In this document: positions 51,747-61,662 of the stretch, piece after piece
Layout of the letters: each line of letters starts with the position of its first letter
How positions within the stretch are numbered: the stretch's first letter is position 1
NCBI GenBank assembly: GCA_963422775.4
Contig: CAUJSJ030000154.1
Location: 8,748-72,747, forward strand
Direction of reading: 5' to 3'
DNA: 64,000 bases
From: an uncultured Roseateles sp.
Lineage (GTDB): Bacteria > Pseudomonadota > Gammaproteobacteria > Burkholderiales > Burkholderiaceae_C
The notes under the pieces: model-generated
The model's database searches: none
What the model saw: only the letters and a program-made list of their open reading frames with translations
What the model was told of the DNA's origin: nothing
Program-made: the position numbers and the translations under genes

Positions 51747-53888
51747 ATGTCCGCTGCACGCCGCCTCCAACCGCTCCTCCTCGCCACGCTGCTCGCCAGC
51801 GGCTTTGCCTGGGCTCAAGGCCCGGCCACTGACAACCCGCTGTTCGCGCCCAGCCCGCTGCCGCTGCAGTACCCCCAGTTCGACAAGGTCCGCGACGAGC
51901 ACTTCGGTCCCGCGCTGGACAAGGGCATGGCCGAGCAACTGGCCGAGGTGCAGGCCATCGCCGACAACCCGGCCGCGCCCATGTTCGACAACACCATCAT
52001 CGCGCTGGAGCGCAGCGGCCGGCTGCTGGGTCGCACGACGACGCTGCTGTTCAGTCTGCTTGGCGCCGACGCCAACCCCGCCCGCCAGCAACTGCAGACC
52101 GACTACGCCGCCAAGCTCGCAGCCCAGCGCGACGCGGTGCTGCTCAACCCCAAGCTGTTCGCTCGCGTCGAGGCGCTGTACGCCGCGCGCGACAAGGCCG
52201 CGCCCAATGCCGAGGCCAAGCGGCTCATCGAGCGCTATCGCCGCGACATGCTGCGTGCCGGCGCCCAGCTGAACGACGAGCAGAAGACGCGCATGCGGGC
52301 CATCAACGCCGAGCTGGCGACGCTGGGCGCCCGCTTCAACAAGGCGGTGCTGGCCGAGGTCAACGACTCGGCCATCGTCGTCGACAGCGCCGAGGAACTG
52401 GCTGGCTTGAGCCCCGCGCAGATCTCCGCCGCGGCCGACATCGCCAAGAAGCGCGGCCTGGAGGGCAAGTACGTCATCGCGCTGCTGAACACGACCATCC
52501 AGCCGTTCGAGACCGATCTGCAGAACCGTGCGGTGCGCGAGCGCCTGCACCAGGCCTCGGTCGCGCGCGGTGCGCGCGGCAACGAGTTCGACACACGCGC
52601 CACGCTGGCGCGCGTGATGACGCTTCGCGCGGAGCGCGCGGCGCTGCTGGGCTATGCGACGCCCGCGGCCTTCGTGCTCGAAGAGGAGACGGCCAAGTCC
52701 GCCGACACGGTCAACGCGCTGCTGCGCCAGCTCGCGCCGGCCGCGGTGGCCTCGGCCAGGCAGGAAGCGGCCGAGCTGCAGAAGCTCATCGACAGCGACC
52801 AGGCCGCCAGGAAGCAGCCCAGCTTCGCGCTGCAGGCCTGGGACTGGAGCTACTACTCGGACAAGCTGCGCGCGGCCAAGTACGGCTTCGACGAGAGCCA
52901 GCTCAAGCCCTATCTGGAGATCACCAGCGTGCTGGAGAAGGGCGTGTTCTTCGCCGCCAACCAGCTCTACGGCATCAGCTTCAAGCGCCGCACGGACCTG
53001 CCGGTGTATCGCGATGACGTTCGCACCTACGACGTCTTCGACACCAACGGCAAGCAGCTCGCCATCTTCATCGCCGACCTCTACGCGCGGCCCAGCAAGC
53101 GCGGCGGCGCGTGGATGAATGCCTACGTCGGCCAGAACGCGCTGGAAGGCACGCAGCCCGTCGTTGCCAACCATCTCAACATCCCCAAGCCGCCGGCCGG
53201 CGAGCCGACGCTGCTGACCTGGGACGAGGTCAACACGCTGTTCCACGAGTTCGGCCACGCACTGCACGGCATGTTCAACAAGGGCCAGTACCCGGGCCTG
53301 GGCCGCGTGCCACGCGACTTCGTCGAATACCCGTCGCAGGTCAACGAGGTCTGGGCCGACTGGCCCAGCGTGCTGGCCAGTTACGCCAAGCACTACCAGA
53401 CCGGCGCGCCCATGCCGCGCGAGCTGCTGGACAAGGTGGCGCGCGCCAAGCGCTTCAACCAGGGCTACACGACGGTGTCCTATCTGTCCGCGGCCATCGT
53501 CGACCAGCGCCTGCACCAGCTCAAGGCCGGTGAGATCCCGGCGGCCGATGGCGTCGTGCCCTTCGAGGCCAAGGTGCTGAAGGAGGAGGGCATCGACTTC
53601 GGCCCGGTGCCGCCGCGCTACCGCCTGCCCTACTTCAGCCACATCATGGGCGGCTACTCGGCCGGCTACTACGCCTACATCTGGAGCGAGGTGCTGGACG
53701 CCGACACCGTGGAATGGCTGAAGGCCAACGGCGGCTTGAAGCGCGCCAACGGCGACCAGTTGCGCGCCAAGCTGCTGTCGCGCGGTGGCAGCGAGGACGC
53801 GATGGTGCTGTTCCGCAACCTCGTCGGCCATGAGCCCGACATCAAGCCGCTGCTGGAGCGGCGCGGCCTCGTCATACAAAGGAACTAG
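51747..53888 (+). CDS. dcp: peptidyl-dipeptidase Dcp (M3 family zinc metallopeptidase), secreted
   Basis: 713 aa. The signal peptide ends FAWAQG. The zinc motif is LFHEFGHALHG, with a downstream E in EYPSQVNE. Confidence 0.9.
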   Translation: MSAARRLQPLLLATLLASGFAWAQGPATDNPLFAPSPLPLQYPQFDKVRDEHFGPALDKGMAEQLAEVQAIADNPAAPMFDNTIIALERSGRLLGRTTTLLFSLLGADANPARQQLQTDYAAKLAAQRDAVLLNPKLFARVEALYAARDKAAPNAEAKRLIERYRRDMLRAGAQLNDEQKTRMRAINAELATLGARFNKAVLAEVNDSAIVVDSAEELAGLSPAQISAAADIAKKRGLEGKYVIALLNTTIQPFETDLQNRAVRERLHQASVARGARGNEFDTRATLARVMTLRAERAALLGYATPAAFVLEEETAKSADTVNALLRQLAPAAVASARQEAAELQKLIDSDQAARKQPSFALQAWDWSYYSDKLRAAKYGFDESQLKPYLEITSVLEKGVFFAANQLYGISFKRRTDLPVYRDDVRTYDVFDTNGKQLAIFIADLYARPSKRGGAWMNAYVGQNALEGTQPVVANHLNIPKPPAGEPTLLTWDEVNTLFHEFGHALHGMFNKGQYPGLGRVPRDFVEYPSQVNEVWADWPSVLASYAKHYQTGAPMPRELLDKVARAKRFNQGYTTVSYLSAAIVDQRLHQLKAGEIPAADGVVPFEAKVLKEEGIDFGPVPPRYRLPYFSHIMGGYSAGYYAYIWSEVLDADTVEWLKANGGLKRANGDQLRAKLLSRGGSEDAMVLFRNLVGHEPDIKPLLERRGLVIQRN

Positions 53889-53920
53889 GCGGGCGCGCAA
53901 ACCGGCGACTCTAGGGGTGC

Positions 53921-53937
53921 TGGGAATCGGGGGTGCT
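53921..53937 (+). promoter_or_regulatory. candidate sigma54 (-24/-12) promoter: TGGGAATCGGGGGTGCT
   Basis: GG at 53923-24 and TGC at 53934-36 have the canonical GG-N10-GC spacing. It lies about 45 nt upstream of the PEP-CTERM gene ATG (RBS GGAGGA). The region is also two direct GGGGTGCTG repeats bracketed by CTAG. Confidence 0.35.
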
Positions 53938-53980
53938 GCCTAGCATCCTCGTCCTGCAGTCAACTTTGGAGGACGCCGCC

Positions 53981-54583
53981 ATGACCCCCACCCGCTCACT
54001 CGCCGCCTGTCTCGCCGTCGTTCTTGCGCCCGGCGCGTGGGCCACGACGGTCTATGACGAAGGCGTCTCGGGCGACCTGTCCGGCTCTGGCGCGAGCCCG
54101 ACCTTCATTGCGGTGGCTGCCGGATCCAATGTCGTCATGGGAAGCACCGGCCGCGCCAATGGTGTGGTCGACCGCGACTACTTCAGCATCACCGTGCCAG
54201 TGGGCTGGCAGCTGTCGGCCATCACGCCGCTGGCTGGCACCAACGTGGTCGGTGGCGGGCTTGCCTTCATCGGGCTGGAAGCCGGAACCCAGGTCACGAC
54301 GCCCGTCACCGGGCCGGCGACGACGCTGCTGGGCTGGCATCACTACGCCGTGGCGGACATCGGCAACAACATCCTGCCGCTGGTCGGCGCGGGCGCGGGC
54401 GCAATCGGCTTCACCGGCGCGCTGGTCGCTGGCGACTACTCGGTCTGGATCCAGGAGACCGGCGTCGGCACGGTGCCCTATGTGATGGAGTTCAGCCTGA
54501 CCGCCGTTCCCGAGCCGGCCAGCGGGCTGCTGCTGCTGGGCGGCGTCGCCGGCCTGGCCTGGCTGAGGCGCAAGGCGCGCTGA
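53981..54583 (+). CDS. PEP-CTERM sorting-domain protein (exosortase substrate)
   Basis: The start at ATG 53981 gives MTPTRSLAACLAVVLAPGAWA (signal peptide). The C-terminus VPEPASGLLLLGGVAGLAWLRRKAR is PEP + TM + basic tail. Confidence 0.85.
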   Translation: MTPTRSLAACLAVVLAPGAWATTVYDEGVSGDLSGSGASPTFIAVAAGSNVVMGSTGRANGVVDRDYFSITVPVGWQLSAITPLAGTNVVGGGLAFIGLEAGTQVTTPVTGPATTLLGWHHYAVADIGNNILPLVGAGAGAIGFTGALVAGDYSVWIQETGVGTVPYVMEFSLTAVPEPASGLLLLGGVAGLAWLRRKAR

Positions 54584-54588
54584 GCGGC

Positions 54589-55149
54589 TTACAAGCCGGT
54601 CCAGGCCTTCGGGCTGGCCGCTGCGATGCCGGAAAGCTCCAGCACGCGTTCCACGGTCTCGTTGACCATCTCATCGATGGTCTTGGGGTGGTGATAGAAG
54701 GCCGGCAGCGGCGGGAAGCAGATGCCGCCCATCTCCGTCACCGCCACCATGTTGCGCAGGTGGGCCAGGTTCAGCGGCGTCTCGCGCACCATCAGGATGA
54801 GCCGTCGGCGCTCCTTGAGCGTCACGTCGGCGGCGCGGGTCAGCAGGTTGTCGCCCAGGCCATGGGCGATTGCCGCCAGCGACTTCATGGAGCAGGGTGC
54901 GACGACCATCGCAGCAGTCGCGAAGCTGCCGCTGGCGATGCAGGCGCCGATGTCTCCCGGCGCGTAGGCGTGATCGGCCTCGGCTTCCAAGGTTGAGCGG
55001 TCCAGACCCAGCTCGTGATGGGCGTTCAGGATGCCCGCGGGCGTGGCGATCAGGTGCGTCTCGACGCCCAGCTCGCGTGAGCGACGCAAAAGGCGTAGCG
55101 CGTAGGCTGCGCCGGTGGCCCCCGTCAGCCCGACGACGAGGCGAGTCAC
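54589..55149 (-). CDS. ubiX: flavin prenyltransferase UbiX
   Basis: GTG start. (M)TRLVVGLTGATGAAYALRLL, APCSMKSLAAIAHG, 186 aa. Confidence 0.92.
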   Translation of the reverse strand: MTRLVVGLTGATGAAYALRLLRRSRELGVETHLIATPAGILNAHHELGLDRSTLEAEADHAYAPGDIGACIASGSFATAAMVVAPCSMKSLAAIAHGLGDNLLTRAADVTLKERRRLILMVRETPLNLAHLRNMVAVTEMGGICFPPLPAFYHHPKTIDEMVNETVERVLELSGIAAASPKAWTGL

Positions 55150-55460
55150 GCCGTGGCCAGGGCCTGCTGCAACTCACCCGACTCGTACATCTCCATCATG
55201 ATGTCAGAGCCGCCGAGGAATTCGCCGTTGATGTAGAGCTGGGGGATGGTGGGCCAGTTGGCGTAGTCCTTGATGCCCTGGCGCACTTCCTCGTCTTCCA
55301 GCACGTTGAAGGTCTTCAGGTCGGTCACGCCGGAGGCCTTCAGGATCTGGATGGCGCGGCCGGAGAAACCGCACATCGGAAACTGGGCCGTGCCCTTCAT
55401 GAAGAGCACGACACGGTTGGACTTGACCAGGTCGTCGATGCGTTGCTGAACGTCGCTCAT
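55146..55460 (-). CDS. grxD: monothiol glutaredoxin (Grx4 family)
   Basis: The start is MSDVQQRIDDLVKSNRVVLFMKGTAQFPMCGFS at ATG 55460. It has the CGFS active site. The stop overlaps the ubiX start (GTGA). Confidence 0.93.
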   Translation of the reverse strand: MSDVQQRIDDLVKSNRVVLFMKGTAQFPMCGFSGRAIQILKASGVTDLKTFNVLEDEEVRQGIKDYANWPTIPQLYINGEFLGGSDIMMEMYESGELQQALATA

Positions 55461-55580
55461 TGCAGTTCTCGTCAAAGGCAAAACCGCAATTATCCGGGAC
55501 TGAGCCCGGACTGGGGCAGTCCAGTGGACTGTCCCTGCCTAGCGAAGGGGCGGGGTCTACCCCGCCGCCCGGCCCCGCCT

Positions 55581-56153
55581 TCAATAGCTGTAAGCCAGAC
55601 CCAGTTGCAGCAGGGGCTTGAAGCGCAGGTCGCGCATCGCGTCCTCGAAGCCCTGGGCGCTGCTGCGGCCCAGGCGCAGGCCGCTGTAGGAGCCCGACAT
55701 CAGGCCGAAGTCGGCGCTGAACGCGAAGCCGCTGCCGTGCACGCGGCCGGTGTAGCCGATACCGAGGTAGGACAGGTTGGCGCTGGGTTCCAGCGAATAG
55801 GCATCCGGGCCATTCAGGGACACGCTGCGCCGGCCCGCCGAGACGGGGCCGTTGCCCAGCGCGAGGCCGCCACTGCTCTGCGACATGGACAGCGGGCCGA
55901 GCAGCAGGCCACCGGTGGCGCGCAGGCCGCCGCGCAGGCTGGTGAAGCCGGAGCTGGTCAGGTAGTAGTCGCCCAGCAGGTTGGCGCTCAGCAGGCGGGA
56001 GCCGCCGAGGTGGGGCGCGGTGTCGGAGCCGGCGTCTGCGCTGCTGAGCTGCAATCGCGCCTGCCAGCGCGGTTGCGCATCGCCATCGGCCCAGGCCGAC
56101 AGGCTGAAGAGGGCAGAGAGGCTCAGAACTGCAGCGCTTGCAAAGCGGGCCAT
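55581..56153 (-). CDS. hypothetical secreted protein, possibly a small outer-membrane beta-barrel
   Basis: The start at ATG 56153 is preceded by AGGAGA. The signal peptide is MARFASAAVLSLSALFSLSAWA. The body is Gly/Ser/Leu-rich with alternating hydrophobic pattern, and it ends LQLGLAYSY (C-terminal aromatic). The functional call is an inference. Confidence 0.6.
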   Translation of the reverse strand: MARFASAAVLSLSALFSLSAWADGDAQPRWQARLQLSSADAGSDTAPHLGGSRLLSANLLGDYYLTSSGFTSLRGGLRATGGLLLGPLSMSQSSGGLALGNGPVSAGRRSVSLNGPDAYSLEPSANLSYLGIGYTGRVHGSGFAFSADFGLMSGSYSGLRLGRSSAQGFEDAMRDLRFKPLLQLGLAYSY

Positions 56154-56287
56154 GATCGTCTCCTGCGCGGCGCAACGAGCGGCACCGGAAGTTGATACTA
56201 CGCCCGCCGGCGACCGGGTGGCACCCAGAGTTGAGGGCAAAAGGTCACGCAAACACGGGAGGGATTCGCGCGCCGGCAAGCCTGGGT

Positions 56288-57091
56288 TCAGCCCGGCCAG
56301 CGGCCGCCACTGGCGCGAGGCCGGCCGGCGAGGTCGCGGCGCAGGCCGACTTCGGCAAATCCATGCTCGGTCAGTTGTTGCGCTACCACATCAGCCTGAT
56401 CCCAGCCGTGCTCCAGCAGCAGCCAGCCGCCAGCGGCGAGATGCTGCGGTGCCGCATCGACCAGCGTGCGCAGATCGGCCAGCCCGTCACCGCCCGGCGT
56501 CAGCGCGGTGATCGGCTCGTGGCGCAGTGCTGGCAGGTGCGGATCGTTGCCAGCGATGTAGGGCGGATTGCTCACAACCAGGTCGAAGCGTTGGCCGGCC
56601 AGCGGCTCGAACCAGCTGCCGTGCCGCCAGTCGGCGGCGAGGCCCAGGCGCTCGCCGTTGCCGCGCGCCACGGCCAGTGCGTCGGCGCTGAAGTCGACGG
56701 CGCTGACTCGCGCGCGCGGGCAGGCGGCCTTGATCGCCAGCGCGATGGCGCCGCTGCCGGTGCCGAGGTCGACGACGCTGGGCTGGCCCGGCAACGCGGC
56801 CAGCAGCTCCAGCGTCCAGTCGACGAGGGTTTCCGTGTCGGGCCGCGGGATCAGCGTGGCCGGCGTGACCTGCAGCATCAAGCCGTGGAAGGGCTGCCAG
56901 CCGGTCAGATGGGCCAGTGGCTCGCCGGCGGCCAGGCGGCGTAGATGGTCCTCAGCGTCGGGGGCGGGCGCGTCGCCATGGGTGACAAGCCAGGCGCGGT
57001 TCTGGCCGGTCAGATGGCTTAGCAGTGTCTGCACGTCACTGCGCTCGACGCCGAGCTGGCGAGCGAGGGCGAGCGCCTCGTCGACCGTCAT
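56288..57091 (-). CDS. prmC: peptide chain release factor N5-glutamine methyltransferase
   Basis: SAM motif [14 protein letters not shown] and NPPY motif (VVSNPPYI). The start overlaps the prfA stop. Confidence 0.92.
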   Translation of the reverse strand: MTVDEALALARQLGVERSDVQTLLSHLTGQNRAWLVTHGDAPAPDAEDHLRRLAAGEPLAHLTGWQPFHGLMLQVTPATLIPRPDTETLVDWTLELLAALPGQPSVVDLGTGSGAIALAIKAACPRARVSAVDFSADALAVARGNGERLGLAADWRHGSWFEPLAGQRFDLVVSNPPYIAGNDPHLPALRHEPITALTPGGDGLADLRTLVDAAPQHLAAGGWLLLEHGWDQADVVAQQLTEHGFAEVGLRRDLAGRPRASGGRWPG

Positions 57092-58173
57092 GCCCGGCCT
57101 TCCTCCAGCTGGGCCAACTGCTCGGCAGCCTGCGCGGCCAGCAGGCCCTGGATGACGTCCTCGAGGTCACCGTCCATGATCTGGCCCAGCTTGTAGAGCG
57201 TCAGGTTGATGCGGTGGTCGGTCAGCCGTCCCTGCGGGAAGTTGTAGGTGCGGATGCGGTCGCTGCGGTCGCCCGTGCCGATGAGGCCCTTGCGCGTGGC
57301 GGCCTCCTTGGCCTCGCGCTCGATGCGTTCCTTGTCGCGCAGCCGCGCCTGCAGCACGGCCAGGGCCTTGGCCTTGTTGCGGTGCTGGCTGCGGTCATCC
57401 TGGCATTCGGCCACGAGGCCGGTCGGGATGTGGGTGACGCGGATCGCCGAGTCGGTCTTGTTGACGTGCTGGCCGCCGGCGCCGCTGGCGCGGAAGGTGT
57501 CGATGCGCAGCTCGGCCGGGTTCAGCGTGATCTCCTCGGCCCCGTCGGGCTCCGGCAGCACGGCCACCGTGCAGGCGCTGGTGTGGATGCGGCCCTGCGA
57601 TTCGGTCGCAGGCACGCGCTGCACGCGATGGCCGCCGGATTCGAACTTCAGGCGACCGTAGACGTTGTCGCCCTCGATGCGCACGACCAGCTCCTTGTAG
57701 CCGCCGAGGTCGGAGATGTTCTCGGACAGCACCTCGCAGCGCCAGCCCTGGCGTTCGGCGAAGCGCAGGTACATCCGCGCGATGTCACCCGCGAACAGCG
57801 CGGACTCGTCGCCACCCGCGCCGGCGCGGATTTCGAGGAAGGCGTTGCGTTCGTCGTCGGGGTCCTTCGGGATGAGCGCGAGCTGCAGCTCGGCGTCCAG
57901 CGCCGTGAGCGCGGCCTGGGCCGTGGCGATCTCTTCGCGCGCCATCTCGGCCATCTCGGGGTCCGCGAGCATGTCGCGCGCCGCGGCCAGATCGGCCTCG
58001 TGCGTTTGGTAGCGGCGGTAGCGGTCGACGAGGCCGGACACCTCGGATTGCTCCTTGGTCAGCGCGCGGTAGCGCTTCATGTCGGCGGCGGCGCTGCCGT
58101 CGGCGAGGAGGGCGTCCAGCTCGGCGAGGCGAAAGCCGAGGCGGTCGAACTGCTGGCGCAGGGAGTCTTTCAT
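57088..58173 (-). CDS. prfA: peptide chain release factor 1
   Basis: 361 aa. GGQ motif ([18 protein letters not shown]) and PAT-type recognition region ([17 protein letters not shown]). Confidence 0.96.
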   Translation of the reverse strand: MKDSLRQQFDRLGFRLAELDALLADGSAAADMKRYRALTKEQSEVSGLVDRYRRYQTHEADLAAARDMLADPEMAEMAREEIATAQAALTALDAELQLALIPKDPDDERNAFLEIRAGAGGDESALFAGDIARMYLRFAERQGWRCEVLSENISDLGGYKELVVRIEGDNVYGRLKFESGGHRVQRVPATESQGRIHTSACTVAVLPEPDGAEEITLNPAELRIDTFRASGAGGQHVNKTDSAIRVTHIPTGLVAECQDDRSQHRNKAKALAVLQARLRDKERIEREAKEAATRKGLIGTGDRSDRIRTYNFPQGRLTDHRINLTLYKLGQIMDGDLEDVIQGLLAAQAAEQLAQLEEGRA

Positions 58174-58239
58174 GGGCGGGAAACGGCAAGGCAGTCAGGG
58201 GCGGCGCAGGTGGCGCCGGGCGGCGGCTGGAGAGCGCCG

Positions 58240-59502
58240 CTAAGACTGCTTGCCGCGCAGGAACAGGCGCGACACCGTCTGCGCCAGCTGCAGTCGCTGC
58301 TCGCCGTCGCTGGCGTGCAGTTCGGCCAGCGTGCCGTGCAAGAGCTTTTGCGTCAGGCCCTTCGAAAGAGCATCCAGCACCTCGTCCACGTCCGCGCCCT
58401 TGGCCAGCAGCTTGCGGGCGCGGGCGATTTCCACCGCGCGCCAGTCGTCGGCCTGGGCATGCAGGGCCTGGATCAGCGGCACGGTGTGGCGCTGGTCCAG
58501 CCAGTGCATGAAGCTCTGCACGCCGGTCTCGACGATGGCCTCGGCTTGCTCGACGGCGGCCTGGCGTCTTTCGCCGGCGGTCTGCACCTGCTGGGCGAGC
58601 TCGTCGACGGTGTAGAGGTAGACGTCGTCCAGCTGGGCGACCTCGGGCTCGATGTCGCGCGGCACTGCCAAGTCGACCATGAACATCGGGCGGTGCTTGC
58701 GTTTCTTCAGCGCACGCTCGACGGCGCCCAGGCCGATCAGCGGCAGGCTGGACGCGGTGCAGGAGACGACGATGTCGAACTCATGCAGGCGCTCGGGCAG
58801 GTCGGACAGGCGCACGGCCTCGGCGCCGAAGCGGGAGGCCAGCCTTTCGCCGCGCTCCAACGTGCGGTTGGCCACGGCCATGTGGCGCGGCGTGCGCGCG
58901 GCGAAATGGGTCGCGGTCAGCTCGATCATCTCGCCAGCACCCACGAACAGCACGCGGGTCTTGGCCAGGTCCTCGAACAGCTGGCCGGCCAGCCGCACGG
59001 CGGCCGCGGCCATGCTGATGGAGTGGGCGCCGATCTCGGTGGAGCTGCGTACCTCCTTGGCGACCGAGAAGCTGCGCTGGAAAAGCTGGTGCAGCGTCGT
59101 GCCCAGCGCGCCAGCCGCCTCGGCTTCCTTCACGGCCTGCTTCATCTGGCCGAGGATCTGCGGCTCGCCCAGCACCATCGAATCCAGCCCGCTGGCGACG
59201 CGGAAGGCGTGGCGTGCGGCGGCGCTGCCCTGCATCACGTAGGCGTGCTCGCGCAACGCGCCGGCCTCCACGCCGCCCGTCTGCGCCAGCCAGGCGATGG
59301 CCGGCTGGACCTGGGCCGATGGCGCGGCGACGTAGACCTCGGTGCGGTTGCAGGTCGACAGGATCGCCGCCTCGGGCGCGCCGGGCAGCTTCTGTCGCAG
59401 CCCGGACAGCGAAGGCGCCAATTGCTCCAGCGTGAACGCAAACCGCCCGCGCAGATCCAGCGGGGCGGTGTGGTGGTTCAGGCCAAGAGCGAAGACCGAC
59501 AT
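58240..59502 (-). CDS. hemA: glutamyl-tRNA reductase
   Basis: The start is [23 protein letters not shown] at ATG 59502; the track start 59634 over-extends. It has STCNRTEVY (catalytic Cys) and the NADPH motif VGAGEM. Confidence 0.95.
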   Translation of the reverse strand: MSVFALGLNHHTAPLDLRGRFAFTLEQLAPSLSGLRQKLPGAPEAAILSTCNRTEVYVAAPSAQVQPAIAWLAQTGGVEAGALREHAYVMQGSAAARHAFRVASGLDSMVLGEPQILGQMKQAVKEAEAAGALGTTLHQLFQRSFSVAKEVRSSTEIGAHSISMAAAAVRLAGQLFEDLAKTRVLFVGAGEMIELTATHFAARTPRHMAVANRTLERGERLASRFGAEAVRLSDLPERLHEFDIVVSCTASSLPLIGLGAVERALKKRKHRPMFMVDLAVPRDIEPEVAQLDDVYLYTVDELAQQVQTAGERRQAAVEQAEAIVETGVQSFMHWLDQRHTVPLIQALHAQADDWRAVEIARARKLLAKGADVDEVLDALSKGLTQKLLHGTLAELHASDGEQRLQLAQTVSRLFLRGKQS

Positions 59503-59558
59503 GGGGGTGAATTGTAGGATTCGCGACCTTCGCCGCCCCTGACGCTGATCAATTCCCG

Positions 59559-59834
59559 ATGAGTCCGTTTGACGCCTTCTGGCATATCGCCAACCTGTTC
59601 GCCCCGGCCTGGGGGCTGGCGGCACTGCTGGCAACGGCCATCAAGGGGCTGTGGCGACGGGAGGCGAAGGCTTTGCGTTGGCTGCGGCTGTGGGGCTGGG
59701 GGGCGGCAGGCGGAAGTGCTGCCGTGATCGCTTCGCTGGCCCTGCTGGGCGGCGACGGCAGGATGGCAGGCTACGCCTTGCTGGTGCTGGGCGTGGCGCT
59801 GCCGCAGTGGTGGCTGTTGAGCATCAAACGCTGA
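59559..59834 (+). CDS. hypothetical small membrane protein (about three hydrophobic segments)
   Basis: This is the only ORF filling the hemA-miaB gap. It reads [32 protein letters not shown]...[11 protein letters not shown]...[17 protein letters not shown]. It has no recognisable family. Its 3-prime end overlaps the miaB stop region by 11 nt (convergent). Confidence 0.5.
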   Translation: MSPFDAFWHIANLFAPAWGLAALLATAIKGLWRREAKALRWLRLWGWGAAGGSAAVIASLALLGGDGRMAGYALLVLGVALPQWWLLSIKR

Positions 59835-61179
59835 GGACGTCTTCCGTCGTGACGACCTCGCCGCGCAGCGAATGCGCGAATGCCGTCGTGATGCGCACGT
59901 CGACGAGCTGGTTCATCAGCCGCGGCGAGCCGGGGAAGTTGACGATGCGGTTGCACTCGGTGCGGCCCATCAGCTCGGTGGCGTCCTTGCGGGCCGTGCC
60001 GGTGACGAGCACCTGTTCGACCTTGCCGACCATGCCTTGCGAGATCGTCAGCGCGTGCGCCTCGATGGCGGCCTGCAGCTCCTGCAGGCGACGGACCTTG
60101 ACTTCGTAGGGCGTCGTGTCTTCCAGCGCTGCGGCCGGCGTGCCGGGGCGCGGGCTGAAGATGAAGCTGAACGAGGCGTCGAAGCCGACGTCGTGCACCA
60201 GCTTCATCAGCTTGGCGTGGTCTTCGTCCGTCTCGCCGGGGAAGCCGACGATGAAATCGCTGGCCAGGCGCAGGTCCGGGCGGATGGCGCGCAGCTTGCG
60301 CACGGTGCTCTTGAACTCCAGCGCCGTGTAGCCGCGCTTCATCGCCATCAGGATGCGGTCGCTGCCGTGCTGCACCGGCAGGTGGAGGTGGTTCACGAGC
60401 TGCGGGATCTTGCCGTAAGCCTCGATGAGACGGGGGCTGAACTCGTTGGGGTGGCTGGTCGTGAAGCGCAGGCGCTTGATGCCCGGGATCTCGGCCGCGT
60501 ATTCCAGCAGCAGGGCCAGGTCGGCGAACTCGGCCGTGTCGCCCATCTTGCCGCGGTAGGCATTGACGTTCTGACCCAGCAGGTTGATCTCCATGACGCC
60601 CTGGTCGGCCAGGCCGGCGATCTCGGTCAGCACATCGTCAAACGGCCGCGAGACCTCTTCGCCGCGGGTGTAGGGCACCACGCAGTAGCTGCAGTACTTG
60701 GAGCAGCCTTCCATGATGGACACGAAGGCCGACGCGCCGTCGACCTTGGCCGGCGGCAGGTGGTCGAACTTCTCGATCTCGGGGAAGGAGATGTCCACCT
60801 GCGGGCGGCGCGTCTCGCGGCGGGCGTCGAGCATGGCGGGCAGGCGGTGCAGGGTCTGCGGGCCGAAGACGACGTCCACGTAGGGGGCACGTTCGATGAT
60901 GGCCGCGCCTTCCTGGCTGGCCACGCAGCCGCCGACGCCGATCATGACGCCCTTGGCCTTGAGGTGCTTCACACGGCCGAGGTCGCTGAAGACCTTCTCC
61001 TGAGCCTTTTCCCGCACCGAGCAGGTGTTGAAGAGGATGAGGTCGGCTTGCTCGACGTCGGTCGTCGGTTCGTAGCCCTGCGCAGCGCCCAGCACGTCAG
61101 CCATCTTGTCCGAGTCGTACTCGTTCATCTGGCAGCCGAAGGTCTTGATGTAGACCTTCTTGGTCGTCGTTTCGCTCAT
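59824..61179 (-). CDS. miaB: tRNA-2-methylthio-N6-dimethylallyladenosine synthase
   Basis: The start is [23 protein letters not shown] at ATG 61179 (alternative GTG 61191). It has the radical-SAM CSYC motif ([12 protein letters not shown]) and a TRAM domain. Confidence 0.95.
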   Translation of the reverse strand: MSETTTKKVYIKTFGCQMNEYDSDKMADVLGAAQGYEPTTDVEQADLILFNTCSVREKAQEKVFSDLGRVKHLKAKGVMIGVGGCVASQEGAAIIERAPYVDVVFGPQTLHRLPAMLDARRETRRPQVDISFPEIEKFDHLPPAKVDGASAFVSIMEGCSKYCSYCVVPYTRGEEVSRPFDDVLTEIAGLADQGVMEINLLGQNVNAYRGKMGDTAEFADLALLLEYAAEIPGIKRLRFTTSHPNEFSPRLIEAYGKIPQLVNHLHLPVQHGSDRILMAMKRGYTALEFKSTVRKLRAIRPDLRLASDFIVGFPGETDEDHAKLMKLVHDVGFDASFSFIFSPRPGTPAAALEDTTPYEVKVRRLQELQAAIEAHALTISQGMVGKVEQVLVTGTARKDATELMGRTECNRIVNFPGSPRLMNQLVDVRITTAFAHSLRGEVVTTEDVLSV

Positions 61180-61553
61180 GGCTTCACCCACGTCTGGTTG
61201 CCGGGATTGAACTGCCAGGTCGCGGCCTCGGCCGGTGTCGTCGGCCAGGGCTTGTTGGCGACCTCGGCGGGGTTCAGCAGCCAGACATCCATGATCAGGC
61301 CGCTGCTCTCGACCGTGTAATGCACGATGAACTTCTGGCCGGTGATGCTGGCCGGTTGAACGAGCAGGTTGGTGTCGCCCTTGATGCGGCTGCCTGGCGC
61401 CAGGCGCGCGTACTTGCCGTTCAACAGCACGTCGGGGTGCTGGGTGACGACGAGTTCGCCGCGCAAGGTGTTGGGTGTGAAGAAACGGTGCTGCTGGGCC
61501 TGTGCGGCCGAGCAGCTGACGGCAAGCATCAGCGGGAAAACACAGCGGTACAT
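61176..61553 (-). CDS. hypothetical small secreted protein
   Basis: The start is [20 protein letters not shown] (signal peptide) at ATG 61553. 125 aa. Its TGA stop overlaps the miaB ATG (ATGA). I recognise no family. Confidence 0.6.
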   Translation of the reverse strand: MYRCVFPLMLAVSCSAAQAQQHRFFTPNTLRGELVVTQHPDVLLNGKYARLAPGSRIKGDTNLLVQPASITGQKFIVHYTVESSGLIMDVWLLNPAEVANKPWPTTPAEAATWQFNPGNQTWVKP

Positions 61554-61562
61554 GGCATGTCC

Positions 61563-61641
61563 AGTGGCTGCGGAAGCAGCCACTTGTCAGTGACTGCTGC
61601 GAGAGCAGTCACTTTGGCATGACTGCTGCGAGGCGGCGTCA
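61563..61641. repeat. array of three related stem-loops / direct repeats (AGTGGCTGC-GGAA-GCAGCCACT; AGTGACTGCT-GCGAG-AGCAGTCACT; second TGACTGCTGCGAG copy + GTCA)
   Basis: Read directly. H1 is 61563-61584 (9-bp stem). H2 is 61589-61613 (10-bp perfect stem). The 13-mer TGACTGCTGCGAG occurs at 61591-61603 and again at 61620-61632. Confidence 0.7.
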
Positions 61642-61662
61642 CAAGACGCTGCGGAAATGAAA

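Noticed and set aside
59503-59520. TACAAT (-10-like, minus strand, 59511-59516) directly upstream of hemA, suggesting a leaderless mRNA.
   Set aside because: It is only about 9 nt from the ATG with no -35. A single hexamer is insufficient, and nothing in the sequence independently supports leaderless expression of hemA here.
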